A stretch of 64,000 nucleotides of DNA from Candidatus Paracaedibacteraceae bacterium (GTDB taxonomy: Bacteria > Pseudomonadota > Alphaproteobacteria > Paracaedibacterales > CAIOTO01). A program made the translations under genes and the position numbers. Below the pieces are notes generated by a model, which saw nothing but the letters and a program-made list of their open reading frames with translations, was not told where the DNA came from and did not search any database. The first letter of the stretch is position 1. Every line of letters begins with the position of its first letter. Shown here one piece after another: positions 23,751 to 32,786 of this stretch. The stretch covers positions 66,427 through 130,426 of the forward strand of contig JAUYTZ010000009.1 in assembly GCA_030694965.1 (NCBI GenBank), in the 5' to 3' direction.

Positions 23751-24809
23751 ATGGGGATAATACGAACACTTTTAGCTACTAGCGTGGTTTTTGGTCATAC
23801 ATGGCCATGTGGAGCTCTTCTTGTAGGAGGTCAAAAGGCAGTTCAACTTTTTTACATTATATCTGGTTTTCTTATTTCATATGTATTGACAGAAAGATGT
23901 AAATATACAAAAATAAGTAATTTTTATATAAATAGATATTTAAGATTGTATCCTATTTATATTTTTGTAGCTCTTTTAACATTACTTGTTTTTATTGCAA
24001 CTGAAGATGATTCATTTATAAATGTCTACAAATATACCCCTTTATTTGCTAACTTATTTTTAATATTTTCTAATATTTTTATATTTACACAAGATTGGAT
24101 ATTGTTTTCTGGCATAGAAAATAACACTCTTGTATTTAGTGCTAATTATATCAGCAGTAAAATTCAAATGCATGAAGGATTACTGGTTCCTCAAGCGTGG
24201 ACCCTTGGTCTTGAGCTTTCTTTTTATTTAGTGGCCCCACTTATTCTTCCAAAAAGAAATTTAATATATTTATTTCTATCTATATCAATTTTAATTTCAA
24301 TTTATTTGAATTGTATTGGTCTTGGAAACAAAGATCCGTGGTCATATAGATTTTTTCCTGCTGAGTTGCTTTTTTTCTTATTAGGGGCTTTATCTCATCA
24401 ATTATTATTACCATTTTATAAAAAGTTTTTTATTCAAGATAAAAAGCTGATATCTAATATTTCTACAATTTTTTTAATAATATTGATTACTTTTTATCCG
24501 TATATTAGTTTTTTTGGACTAAATAAAAATATATTTCTTTTTTCTACTTTTATAATATTTCTTCCATTCTCTTTTGTGTTTCAGAATCAATATAATTTCG
24601 ATCGCTTAATAGGTGAAATTAGTTATCCAATTTATATTATTCATGTATTGGTAATGTATATTGTAAACTATTTTGCTTGTAAAATTGAGATTGATAATAA
24701 ATATTTTATATCTTTATTATGTGTTTTCGTTTCAATTATATTTTCATTGTTACTAAATAAGTTTTTAGCTGAGCCTTTTGAAAAAATCCGAAATAAAATT
24801 AGGCATTAA
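23751..24809 (+). CDS. acyltransferase family 3 (OafA/YrhL-like) integral-membrane O-acyltransferase
   Basis: 352 aa, about 10 TM segments, N-terminal IRTLLATSVVFGH and QLFYIISGFLISY motifs. Markedly more AT-rich than its neighbours. Confidence 0.75.
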   Translation: MGIIRTLLATSVVFGHTWPCGALLVGGQKAVQLFYIISGFLISYVLTERCKYTKISNFYINRYLRLYPIYIFVALLTLLVFIATEDDSFINVYKYTPLFANLFLIFSNIFIFTQDWILFSGIENNTLVFSANYISSKIQMHEGLLVPQAWTLGLELSFYLVAPLILPKRNLIYLFLSISILISIYLNCIGLGNKDPWSYRFFPAELLFFLLGALSHQLLLPFYKKFFIQDKKLISNISTIFLIILITFYPYISFFGLNKNIFLFSTFIIFLPFSFVFQNQYNFDRLIGEISYPIYIIHVLVMYIVNYFACKIEIDNKYFISLLCVFVSIIFSLLLNKFLAEPFEKIRNKIRH

Positions 24810-24833
24810 TTAATCACTTAATTTGTGGAAACT

Positions 24834-25253
24834 GTTCTATTCAAGATTAATGTACAATAAGGTTGATCTTTTTATGAAAGGCTTGATCCAGTGTAAACCA
24901 TATTTGTTCATGTGCCCATAAATAGCAGCTGAATCGCTTGATTATAAAAGATGATAATGCGTTAAAACGATTAAGTTTATATTCTATTCCACTTTTCTTT
25001 TTTGACCAGTGCTCCGCTGTGTCAGAAACTAGTAGCATCTAAGCGAAGTTTAGTTATTCCTTAATTCAGGAAGGATCGTAAACCGCAATCGATTACGTTT
25101 TCTTGTTATTTGAAAACACACAGTCTTTTTTGTTTAATAATATTGATCTAGACTCTTTCATCATAGGTAGCATGTGTGTAATATTCCATAATATGGCATT
25201 TTAGTCACTAATCATCTTAGAATGTTGTACGATGCCATTTTAAAACATGCGTA
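24834..25253 (+). repeat. 420-bp direct repeat, copy 2 (forms the upstream region of arnC)
   Basis: See copy 1. It ends 57 bp before the arnC start codon. Confidence 0.95.
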
Positions 25254-25310
25254 TGCTTTAGTAACATTTAACTTTTTAAACATATTTTGTATAGTCCGTA
25301 GAGAAAAATT

Positions 25311-26240
25311 ATGATGCCCAACCTTTCAATCGTTATTCCTGTTTATAATGAAGAAGCTAATATACCTCATCTTATTAGTCGTCTTATTACGAGTCTAGAT
25401 ACACTTGGAAAGACCTATGAGGTTATCTTTACAAATGACGGAAGTAAAGATGAAAGCTTGGCTCTTTTAAGAGCTGCGGCAGAACAACATAAAGGTAAAA
25501 TTCGCATTATTGATTTTAAAGGAAATTTTGGTCAACATATGGCAATCGTAGCAGCTTTTTCTGAGTCCCGTGGTTCAGTTATTGTGACGCTTGATGCGGA
25601 TCTTCAAAATCCGCCTGAAGAAATCTATAAACTTCTTCTTAAAATAGACGAAGGACACGATTACGTTGGTAGTTATCGTGATAAACGAAAAGATACATTT
25701 TTTAGAACGTACGTATCACGTTGTGTAAATTGGATTCGTGAAAAAATTACAGACATTAATATGCGTGATCAAGGATGTATGTTGCGCGCTTACAATCGTT
25801 CTGTCATTGAAAAAATTGTTGCAGGAAAAGATCATGTTACGTTTATTCCAGCACTTGCATATAAGCTTGCTCAAAACCCAACGGAAGTTGAGGTGAACCA
25901 TGCTGAACGTGCTGCCGGCGAATCAAAATATAATCTTTATATGTTGATTCGGTTGAACTTTGATTTAATCACAAGTTTTTCAATAGCTCCTTTGCAACTA
26001 TTTACAATGTTTGGCATGCTTACATCAACATTAAACGGCCTTCTTGTTGCTTACTTGCTCATTAGACGTGTGATTGTGGGGCCTGAGGCTGAAGGCTTAT
26101 TTACACTTTTTGCAATTGTATTCTTTTTAATTAGTGTCGTTATTGTAGGTATCGGTCTGATTGGTGAATACTTAGGACGTTTAGCATTGAATTTAAGCCC
26201 AAGACCGCGCTATGAAATAAAAGCAATTTACGAGGACTAA
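25311..26240 (+). CDS. arnC: ArnC-like undecaprenyl-phosphate 4-deoxy-4-formamido-L-arabinose transferase (GT2)
   Basis: SIVIPVYNEE, TNDGSKDES, TLDADLQNPPEEI, GESKY and the C-terminal GEYLGR ... RPRY all match along the full length of ArnC. Confidence 0.8.
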   Translation: MMPNLSIVIPVYNEEANIPHLISRLITSLDTLGKTYEVIFTNDGSKDESLALLRAAAEQHKGKIRIIDFKGNFGQHMAIVAAFSESRGSVIVTLDADLQNPPEEIYKLLLKIDEGHDYVGSYRDKRKDTFFRTYVSRCVNWIREKITDINMRDQGCMLRAYNRSVIEKIVAGKDHVTFIPALAYKLAQNPTEVEVNHAERAAGESKYNLYMLIRLNFDLITSFSIAPLQLFTMFGMLTSTLNGLLVAYLLIRRVIVGPEAEGLFTLFAIVFFLISVVIVGIGLIGEYLGRLALNLSPRPRYEIKAIYED

Positions 26241-26241
26241 T

Positions 26242-27135
26242 ATGCGTTGTCTTGTTTTTGCATATAGTCAATTAGGTCATGATTGTCTTAAATATATTAT
26301 AGAAAAAACAGGTTATACTGTTGTATGTGTTATCACCCATGAAGATAGCCCTAGTGAGCACATCTGGTTTGATTCTGTAAAAGCACTTGCTCAAAAGCAT
26401 AAAATAGATGTGTTAACACCTGAGTCGCTTAAAAACGAGACAATTCAAAATCAAATAAATGCCTATAATGCTGATGTTTTGTTGTCATTTTATTATCGCA
26501 ATATGATCCCTGAAGTGATTTTCTCAAAGCCTCCTTTGGGTGCCTATAATATGCATGGATCACTGCTTCCAAAGTATCGTGGTCGTTGCCCCGTAAATTG
26601 GGCGATTATTAATGGTGAAACGAAAACAGGGGTTACATTGCATCATATGTTAAAAACTGCAGATGCTGGTGACATTGTTGCCCAAGCCGAAACAGAAATT
26701 TCATTTGAAGATACAGCTGGTGCTGTGATGTCTCGACTTAATACACTTGCTGTTAATGTTTTAAAACAATCTTTGCCGCGTATTGCCAGTCAAACTGCAT
26801 TCAAAATTGTACAAAATGCAAGTGAGTCTAGCTATTTTGGCGGACGAAGCTCAAAAGACGGGCAAATTAATTGGTCTAAGTCTGCAGCTGATATACACAA
26901 TCTAGTGCGAGCCCTTCAGCCAACACCTCAGTACCCAGCTGCATTTGGTGATATAAATAAAACTGAGTGTAATATTATTAAAAGCATGATTGTTGAAAAT
27001 TCTTCAACGATAGTTTACAAACCAGGTACTGTAATCCAACAATTTAATGATACTACTTATTACATTGCGTGCGGAGCTAATGGCGATGAGATTTTATGTG
27101 TGATTGTAGAAGCTAAGGAAGCAGCGTCACATTAA
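26242..27135 (+). CDS. stand-alone ArnA-type N-terminal formyltransferase domain protein
   Basis: VFAYSQLG ..., SFYYRNMI, NMHGSLLPKYRGRCPVNWAIINGETKTGVTLHHM and ADAGDIVAQ closely parallel the ArnA formyltransferase domain. There is no C-terminal decarboxylase domain. Confidence 0.75.
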   Translation: MRCLVFAYSQLGHDCLKYIIEKTGYTVVCVITHEDSPSEHIWFDSVKALAQKHKIDVLTPESLKNETIQNQINAYNADVLLSFYYRNMIPEVIFSKPPLGAYNMHGSLLPKYRGRCPVNWAIINGETKTGVTLHHMLKTADAGDIVAQAETEISFEDTAGAVMSRLNTLAVNVLKQSLPRIASQTAFKIVQNASESSYFGGRSSKDGQINWSKSAADIHNLVRALQPTPQYPAAFGDINKTECNIIKSMIVENSSTIVYKPGTVIQQFNDTTYYIACGANGDEILCVIVEAKEAASH

Positions 27136-27985
27136 TAGCTGTTACGACGCTATCTTTTGGCAGAACCCATGTTGCTTTAAAAGTAACATGTTCTTGAGGC
27201 AATATTGTTGGTTGTGGAAACGTGTATTCAAAACTACCTGCCATACATTTTTCTTGTGTTTTATCCACTTGATTGCAAGGAGCCCAAGCAATCATATGGA
27301 GCGGCCTTAGCCTAGAAAGCATTTTGTTATTGTTGAATACTTCACCTATGATGGCAACCTTTACTTTTCCATCTGGCATGACAATCTTATCCCAATGAAC
27401 GTGCTGTATAAGAAGTGGTAATGATATAGCTGAGCTTTGCATCATCGGATTAGAAATTTTTAAACGCAGCCATTTTTGGTGGAATACATCTTGATAAACG
27501 TACAAAATGGAGCACAAAGTAAAAATCAAAAAGGTAAATGATATCCAAAAAATAGAAGCTTTTTCCTCCTTTTTCTGTGAAAGTGCATAATTAATGTTTT
27601 GGTGTGGCATTGGTGGTGCTGAAAGTTTGTGCAATGCTCCTTTTTCATCTTTTATTGCTAGCACTGGTAGATTACTAATTTCTTTCCGCGCTTCATTGCT
27701 ATATGTGTGTTGAGTGCGGGTGTATGGTGATGATTGAGCATCTCTAAAATGCCTCTCGTAGAATTCATCATCTGTATATGTGCTGTTTAGGTACATATCA
27801 TTTGTACCTGTACGTTTCTTTGAATCAGTTTGTTCGCTTGCTAAATTCAACCACCAATTGTGATCACATGAACCACATTCAAATTTCCAGCCCCAAGATT
27901 CTTGCAACTCATTATATTTAGGTGCTGGCATTTTGATAGGAGCAAGCTCATATGAACGGCTACAATGTGGGCAACTAATTTTCAC
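27113..27985 (-). CDS. MJ0042-type zinc-ribbon / DUF3426-like membrane protein
   Basis: N-terminal MKISCPHCSRSY ... CGSCDHNWW zinc ribbon, one TM helix, C-terminal beta-rich domain. Confidence 0.5.
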   Translation of the reverse strand: MKISCPHCSRSYELAPIKMPAPKYNELQESWGWKFECGSCDHNWWLNLASEQTDSKKRTGTNDMYLNSTYTDDEFYERHFRDAQSSPYTRTQHTYSNEARKEISNLPVLAIKDEKGALHKLSAPPMPHQNINYALSQKKEEKASIFWISFTFLIFTLCSILYVYQDVFHQKWLRLKISNPMMQSSAISLPLLIQHVHWDKIVMPDGKVKVAIIGEVFNNNKMLSRLRPLHMIAWAPCNQVDKTQEKCMAGSFEYTFPQPTILPQEHVTFKATWVLPKDSVVTAINVTLLP

Positions 27986-28090
27986 AAATAGAAGACTTTC
28001 AGGAAAAAATAAATCTATTTTAATTTATGCATTCTATGGGTAAGAATGCAAGCTTAGAAGAGTAAGAGATGGTTGTAAAAAATATAGTTT

Positions 28091-30037
28091 TTACATAAAA
28101 TTAAGAGGGTCGACATCAACATGTAGTTGAACGGCATTTGGTAGTTTTACTTCTGAGAGCCAAGCTTTTGTGAATGCTTGTAGGTTTTGCTTGCGATCTC
28201 CTTTGATAAGAAAGCGCATGCGATAGCGTGATCTTAAACGGTATAATGCAGATGGAGCAGGGCCTAAGACGTCAATATCATCTGTGTGTGGAATGTGGTA
28301 TGAAAGTTGACGGCATGTTTCTTGCAGTATGTCTTCGCGTAAAGAAGAAACCGTGATTGAAATTAACCGATAAAAAGGGGGCATGGCTAGCATTTTGCGT
28401 TCTTCAAGTTCAGTTTCATAAAAAACATCACGATCATAGGCTTTTAATGCTTTAAAAAGAGGATGCTCAGGTTCACGTGTTTGTAAAATGACAAGGCCAG
28501 GTTTTCGTGCCATGCGGCCCGCGCGTCCACCAACTTGAGATAAAAGCTGAAACGTTTTTTCAGCAGCACGAAGGTCCATCATGCGTAAAGAACGATCTGC
28601 ATCAAGAACACCTACAAAGGTTAAATTAGGAAAATGATGTCCTTTTGCTAAAACTTGTGTGCCAATAATGATATCAAATATTCCTGCTTCAACGTCATTT
28701 AAAAGCTGCTTTGATGTTGCTGGATTAGCTAATGTATCACTTGAAATAATGCATATGCGTGCATTTGGAAATAAACGTTTAGCTTCTTCTTCAACTTTTT
28801 CAACACCAAGCCCAAGATCTTTTAATTGTGTGTTTGTGCATTTTGGGCAACAAGATGGTTTTTGTGCATGAAACCCGCAATAATGACATTGCATAATTTG
28901 CTTTTCTTTATGCCATGTGAGCAATGCGTGGCATCCTGGACATTCAAAGTGGTGGCCGCAGCTAAAACAAGCAAGCATACTTGAAAAACCACGTCGGTTT
29001 AAGAAAAGAAGGCTTTGTTCCTTTTGTGTTAATCGTTTTCTAACTTCATATTGGATGGGGTCTGTGATGATTGATTTTGGGTATTCTTTTTGATCAATAA
29101 TGCGGACTTCTGGCATTTCAGCGGCGCCGTAACGTTTACCTAAGGTTAGATGCGTATAGCGCTTGTTTTTTATATTGATATACGTTTCAAGAGATGGTGT
29201 AGCTGATGTGAGAATGATTGGGATGTCTTCATGTTTAGCACGTAGAATTGCCATGTCACGCGCATTGTAATAACCTTGTTCTTCTTGCTTGTATGAAGTA
29301 TCGTGTTCTTCATCAATAACGATCAATCCAAGATTTTTGATAGGTAAAAACAAAGCAGAGCGGGCACCAAGTATAACAAGCGGATCGTTTGTTTGAAGTT
29401 GTTTCCATATTTTTCGCTTTTGCGCAGGCGTAACGTCACTGTGCCAAATGAGTGGAGCTTGACCAAAGGTATCTTTAAACCTATTAACAATTGCTTCAGT
29501 AAGAGCTATTTCTGGAAAAAGAACGAGAGCTTTCTTTTCCATTTTTAACGCAGACTGTATAACAGAAAAATATAATTCTGTTTTTCCTGAGCCTGTGACA
29601 CCATCTAATGCAAGTGTATTAAATTGATTAAGTGATGCATTACAAATATTAAATGCCGTTTGTTGATCTGCGTTTAAGACAAGACGGTCAAGAATATAAG
29701 TTGGCGAGGGAAGGGATTTCTCAGATTTATCAAGGGCATCACATTTGAGCATAATGCTCATTTTTAAGATATGTCCCATTGGAATCATTGTGTAGGTAGA
29801 GGCTTGTTTAATAAAGCTAATAAAATTTTGAGTGATATTATATGGTAATGTTGCTTCAATAGATTTAATTTTCCCTGTAAATGAAGTAGTAATATCTTGC
29901 GAAAATACAACGCCAACAAGTCGTTGGCTTCTAAAAGGGACAACAACAAGTGTTCCTGCAGGAATGTTGCAATCACCTAGGTACGTTAAAGGAAAATCCA
30001 GAGCGGTAGTTGTTAAAACCAAATAGGGTGTGTGCAT
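28091..30037 (-). CDS. priA: primosomal protein N' (replication restart helicase)
   Basis: Walker A GVTGSGKTE, DEEHD box, cysteine-rich zinc module CFSCGHHFECPGC ... CHYCG ... CPKC. Confidence 0.93.
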   Translation of the reverse strand: MHTPYLVLTTTALDFPLTYLGDCNIPAGTLVVVPFRSQRLVGVVFSQDITTSFTGKIKSIEATLPYNITQNFISFIKQASTYTMIPMGHILKMSIMLKCDALDKSEKSLPSPTYILDRLVLNADQQTAFNICNASLNQFNTLALDGVTGSGKTELYFSVIQSALKMEKKALVLFPEIALTEAIVNRFKDTFGQAPLIWHSDVTPAQKRKIWKQLQTNDPLVILGARSALFLPIKNLGLIVIDEEHDTSYKQEEQGYYNARDMAILRAKHEDIPIILTSATPSLETYINIKNKRYTHLTLGKRYGAAEMPEVRIIDQKEYPKSIITDPIQYEVRKRLTQKEQSLLFLNRRGFSSMLACFSCGHHFECPGCHALLTWHKEKQIMQCHYCGFHAQKPSCCPKCTNTQLKDLGLGVEKVEEEAKRLFPNARICIISSDTLANPATSKQLLNDVEAGIFDIIIGTQVLAKGHHFPNLTFVGVLDADRSLRMMDLRAAEKTFQLLSQVGGRAGRMARKPGLVILQTREPEHPLFKALKAYDRDVFYETELEERKMLAMPPFYRLISITVSSLREDILQETCRQLSYHIPHTDDIDVLGPAPSALYRLRSRYRMRFLIKGDRKQNLQAFTKAWLSEVKLPNAVQLHVDVDPLNFM

Positions 30038-30244
30038 TAAGAAAATCTAAATAATGGGTTATTTATTTTAACGTTAGTTTACACGAACCTTGTTTTGATA
30101 CAAGAAGGATGTAAAATAACGTAAAAATAAGTAAGCGAAATATGATTTTATCACGTAAAGATGATTAAAAATATAGAATATAATTGAAAAATTTTGTTAT
30201 TTAAGGTAGTATTTGCAAACTGTACAAAGACGAATAAGAAAAAA

Positions 30245-31135
30245 ATGACAACCGAATTTAAAGGTATTACTCTAGCGGTTCTTTCTGCTATTTTGTATGG
30301 AAGTCTTCCTATAATTGGCTTGCAAATTACGGCCACGGGCCTTTCAATTGAATCAATGCTTTTTTGGCGTTTTTTGCTTTCTTTTCTTTTACTTGCTTGT
30401 TTTTTCCCAAAATCTGTTTTTGTTGTTAATAAATTAATGTTATGGAATTTTTTGTTTGCGGTTACTGGCTATGTGATCTCTTCATTTTTTTATTTTAAGT
30501 GCGCTGAGTATATAGGAACTGGTCTAGCCATGACTGTTTTCTTTGTTTACCCTATGATTTTAGCGTTATTAAATTATGTTTTATTAAAGGAAACATTGCC
30601 TTTTTCACAAAAACTTGGAATGTTATTTGCATTTTCAGCTTTACTGTTTTTAACGGATTTTAAATTCCACTATCAAGGTGACGTTTTTATGGGATTTGTT
30701 CTTGGTATTATTGGCGGAGCTGGTTACGCTGTCTACGTATTTTTAACACGTGCAACAGGTCTCAAGGCTATCACATTAACGGCTTGGGTGTGTTTAGGAT
30801 CTGCCACTTTTTTTGGTGTTCATAGCATAACTAACCATACATTTGTTTTGCCGCCTTTAAGCCTTAGTTTAGAGCTAGCTGAGTTAGCTATTATTGGTAC
30901 AGTCTTGCCAATTATTTTTTTTATTAAAGCCGTTAATTTAATTGGTACTATAAAAACATCCCTTGTATCAATTCTTGAGCCAGCAACGACTCTTACGTTT
31001 GGTATGCTTTTTTTGGCGGAGCAAATTACTTGGGTTCAATCAACTGGGTTATTGTTGATGATTGTGTCACTTTTTATATTAGAAGGCCCTGGTCTCTTTA
31101 AAAAAAAATTGATGCCATATAGCACTCAAAAATAA
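30245..31135 (+). CDS. EamA/DMT family transporter
   Basis: 10 TM segments in two EamA halves. The start at 30245 (MTTEFKGITLAV) is preferred over the TTG track start at 30194. Confidence 0.7.
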   Translation: MTTEFKGITLAVLSAILYGSLPIIGLQITATGLSIESMLFWRFLLSFLLLACFFPKSVFVVNKLMLWNFLFAVTGYVISSFFYFKCAEYIGTGLAMTVFFVYPMILALLNYVLLKETLPFSQKLGMLFAFSALLFLTDFKFHYQGDVFMGFVLGIIGGAGYAVYVFLTRATGLKAITLTAWVCLGSATFFGVHSITNHTFVLPPLSLSLELAELAIIGTVLPIIFFIKAVNLIGTIKTSLVSILEPATTLTFGMLFLAEQITWVQSTGLLLMIVSLFILEGPGLFKKKLMPYSTQK

Positions 31136-31255
31136 ATCAAGTGTGAAAAGGAAAAGGTTAAATTAAGAAGAGCTTAAACAGAAAAACTTATAAACATCTG
31201 TTCAATGCGGCTTTTTAATGGTTTTTTCTGCAATCAATTTAATGCTGAGTAGCCA

Positions 31256-31525
31256 TTAATTATTGGAAATAAGTTTTGTTGCTTGCGCAGCAGTGCCGAC
31301 TGATTCTCTAAGATCCTCTATTTTGTTTGCTGCTGCGTCGCTAATTCTTTCTTCAACTTTGTTAATTATTCCGTTCATTAAATCGCCGCCTAGTCTTCCT
31401 CCGAATCCGCCAAAGCCACCAAGTGCAGGAGCTTGCGCTGGTTCTGCTGGCGAGAGAATGGAAGGCTCTTTTATAGCTTGTTCAGTTGTTGTCTGGGGGA
31501 TGTTTGCTGTTGCTTCAGAAGCCAT
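31256..31525 (-). CDS. hypothetical protein with GGFGGFGG motif; its frame is open upstream as far as the A10 tract at 31727-31736
   Basis: 89-aa ORF from its ATG. A further 67 stop-free codons lie upstream without any ATG/GTG/TTG. Confidence 0.45.
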   Translation of the reverse strand: MASEATANIPQTTTEQAIKEPSILSPAEPAQAPALGGFGGFGGRLGGDLMNGIINKVEERISDAAANKIEDLRESVGTAAQATKLISNN

Positions 31526-31722
31526 TTGAACTTGGTTTTTTAGAGGAGAGATAAGAGAACCAAACAGGTTTTTTTGTTCATTTTGAGTTGTAGGCTGAGC
31601 AGAGACTTTAAGTAAAGCCTCTGCTTCAGGTTGTGATTCTTTATTGGCGTTTGCAGTTGTTTTGTCTGTATTTGAGACTTTATTTAGAATACTGCTCGTA
31701 TTTACCTTTTGTTCGTTTTTAG

Positions 31723-32742
31723 CTACTTTTTTTTTTGGTTTTTATCTTTTTTATCTTTTTTATCTTTGTTGTCAGTTGTTTTTGATCCTGGGGCAGATTG
31801 ACTCGCTGCTGAAGTAGTTGTTGCTGAAGCGCTTTTTGCTGGAGTTACTGCTTGAGCCGATTTTGCTTTCTCTTTTTTGCTATTACTATTAATTGCTTTT
31901 GTTTCAGTGATTTTTGATCCTGAGGCAGCTTGGCTTGCTGCTGCTTGAGGTGTTTTTGGTGCTGCGACAGATTGCCCTGCTGATGCTTGAGGCGCTTTTG
32001 GTGCTGGGACAGCTTGGCCTGCTGATGCTTGAGGCGCTTTTGATTTTGAGGCTGCTTGATCTGCTGCTGGACTCGTTATTGCTGAAGGAGGGGTGATTTG
32101 TTGGATAGATACTGGAGCAGGTTGAGCTGCTTGAGGGTGGTTTTTTTCCTCTTTAGTGGTAGTCATTTCAGGCAATGCGGATTCACTTGTATTCACAACA
32201 TTATTTACCATAGGCTTTACTTCAACAGCCTTTAAACTATTAAGTTTCTCTTCTGCAGTTTTTAAATCTTGTTCTGTAGATTTTAGTGTAGCTTCGATAG
32301 CTGCTTTTTCAGATTTCTTTGTTTCTCTAACTTCTTTCAGTTGTTCAATTTCCAAGGTAATATTTTCTTTTTCCAATTCCTTTATGTCTTTTTTCTCAGC
32401 ATCTGCAGATTTTTGAGCTTCAGATATACGGTCTTTTATTTGTGAAATTCTAACTTGATGGTCTATTTTTTCTGCATCTATCTTGTCTTTATGTTCTTTA
32501 TCTATTTCTTTAAGCTTTAATATATGAGAGTTCTCTTCATCTTTCATTTCTTGTTGCAGTTCTTTTAAACGGTCTTGAAGTTCTTTTAACTCTTTTTTAT
32601 TTGTTTCAATAGCTGAATCAGCAGTGGATTGATCAGCCGATGGATCTGAGTAGGATGAAACTTCTGGTTCTGAATAGGAAAGAGTCGAGCTTCCCATTAA
32701 AAATAAGGTTGCAAAAGATATCTGGGTAAAATATTTATTCAT
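31723..32742 (-). CDS. secreted coiled-coil / Ala-Pro-Gln-Ser-rich repeat protein
   Basis: Signal peptide, K/E-rich heptad region, then KAPQASAGQAVPAP-type tandem repeats and a DKKDKK tail. Confidence 0.6.
   Translation of the reverse strand: MNKYFTQISFATLFLMGSSTLSYSEPEVSSYSDPSADQSTADSAIETNKKELKELQDRLKELQQEMKDEENSHILKLKEIDKEHKDKIDAEKIDHQVRISQIKDRISEAQKSADAEKKDIKELEKENITLEIEQLKEVRETKKSEKAAIEATLKSTEQDLKTAEEKLNSLKAVEVKPMVNNVVNTSESALPEMTTTKEEKNHPQAAQPAPVSIQQITPPSAITSPAADQAASKSKAPQASAGQAVPAPKAPQASAGQSVAAPKTPQAAASQAASGSKITETKAINSNSKKEKAKSAQAVTPAKSASATTTSAASQSAPGSKTTDNKDKKDKKDKNQKKK
31727..31736 (-). repeat. A10 homopolymer containing an in-phase A_AAA_AAG heptamer, immediately 5' of the TAG stop
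   Basis: The minus strand reads AAC CAA AAA AAA AAG TAG. The -1 frame continues GTA GCT AAA AAC ... without a stop down to 31256. Confidence 0.9.
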
Positions 32743-32786
32743 ATTATTAACTTTCCAATGTGCTTGTTAAAAAAGGGGGTTAGTAA

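Noticed and set aside
24847-25038. 63-aa minus-strand ORF inside repeat copy 2, considered as a possible transposase relic
   Set aside because: The equivalent frame in repeat copy 1 is not open (no ORF of 60 aa or more there) despite about 96 percent nucleotide identity. No transposase motif could be recognised. It is treated as non-coding.
31263-32416. Plus-strand ORFs 31263-31529, 31914-32096 and 32156-32416
   Set aside because: They are antisense to the low-complexity secreted-protein genes. Repetitive codon composition keeps the opposite strand open, and they have no independent support.
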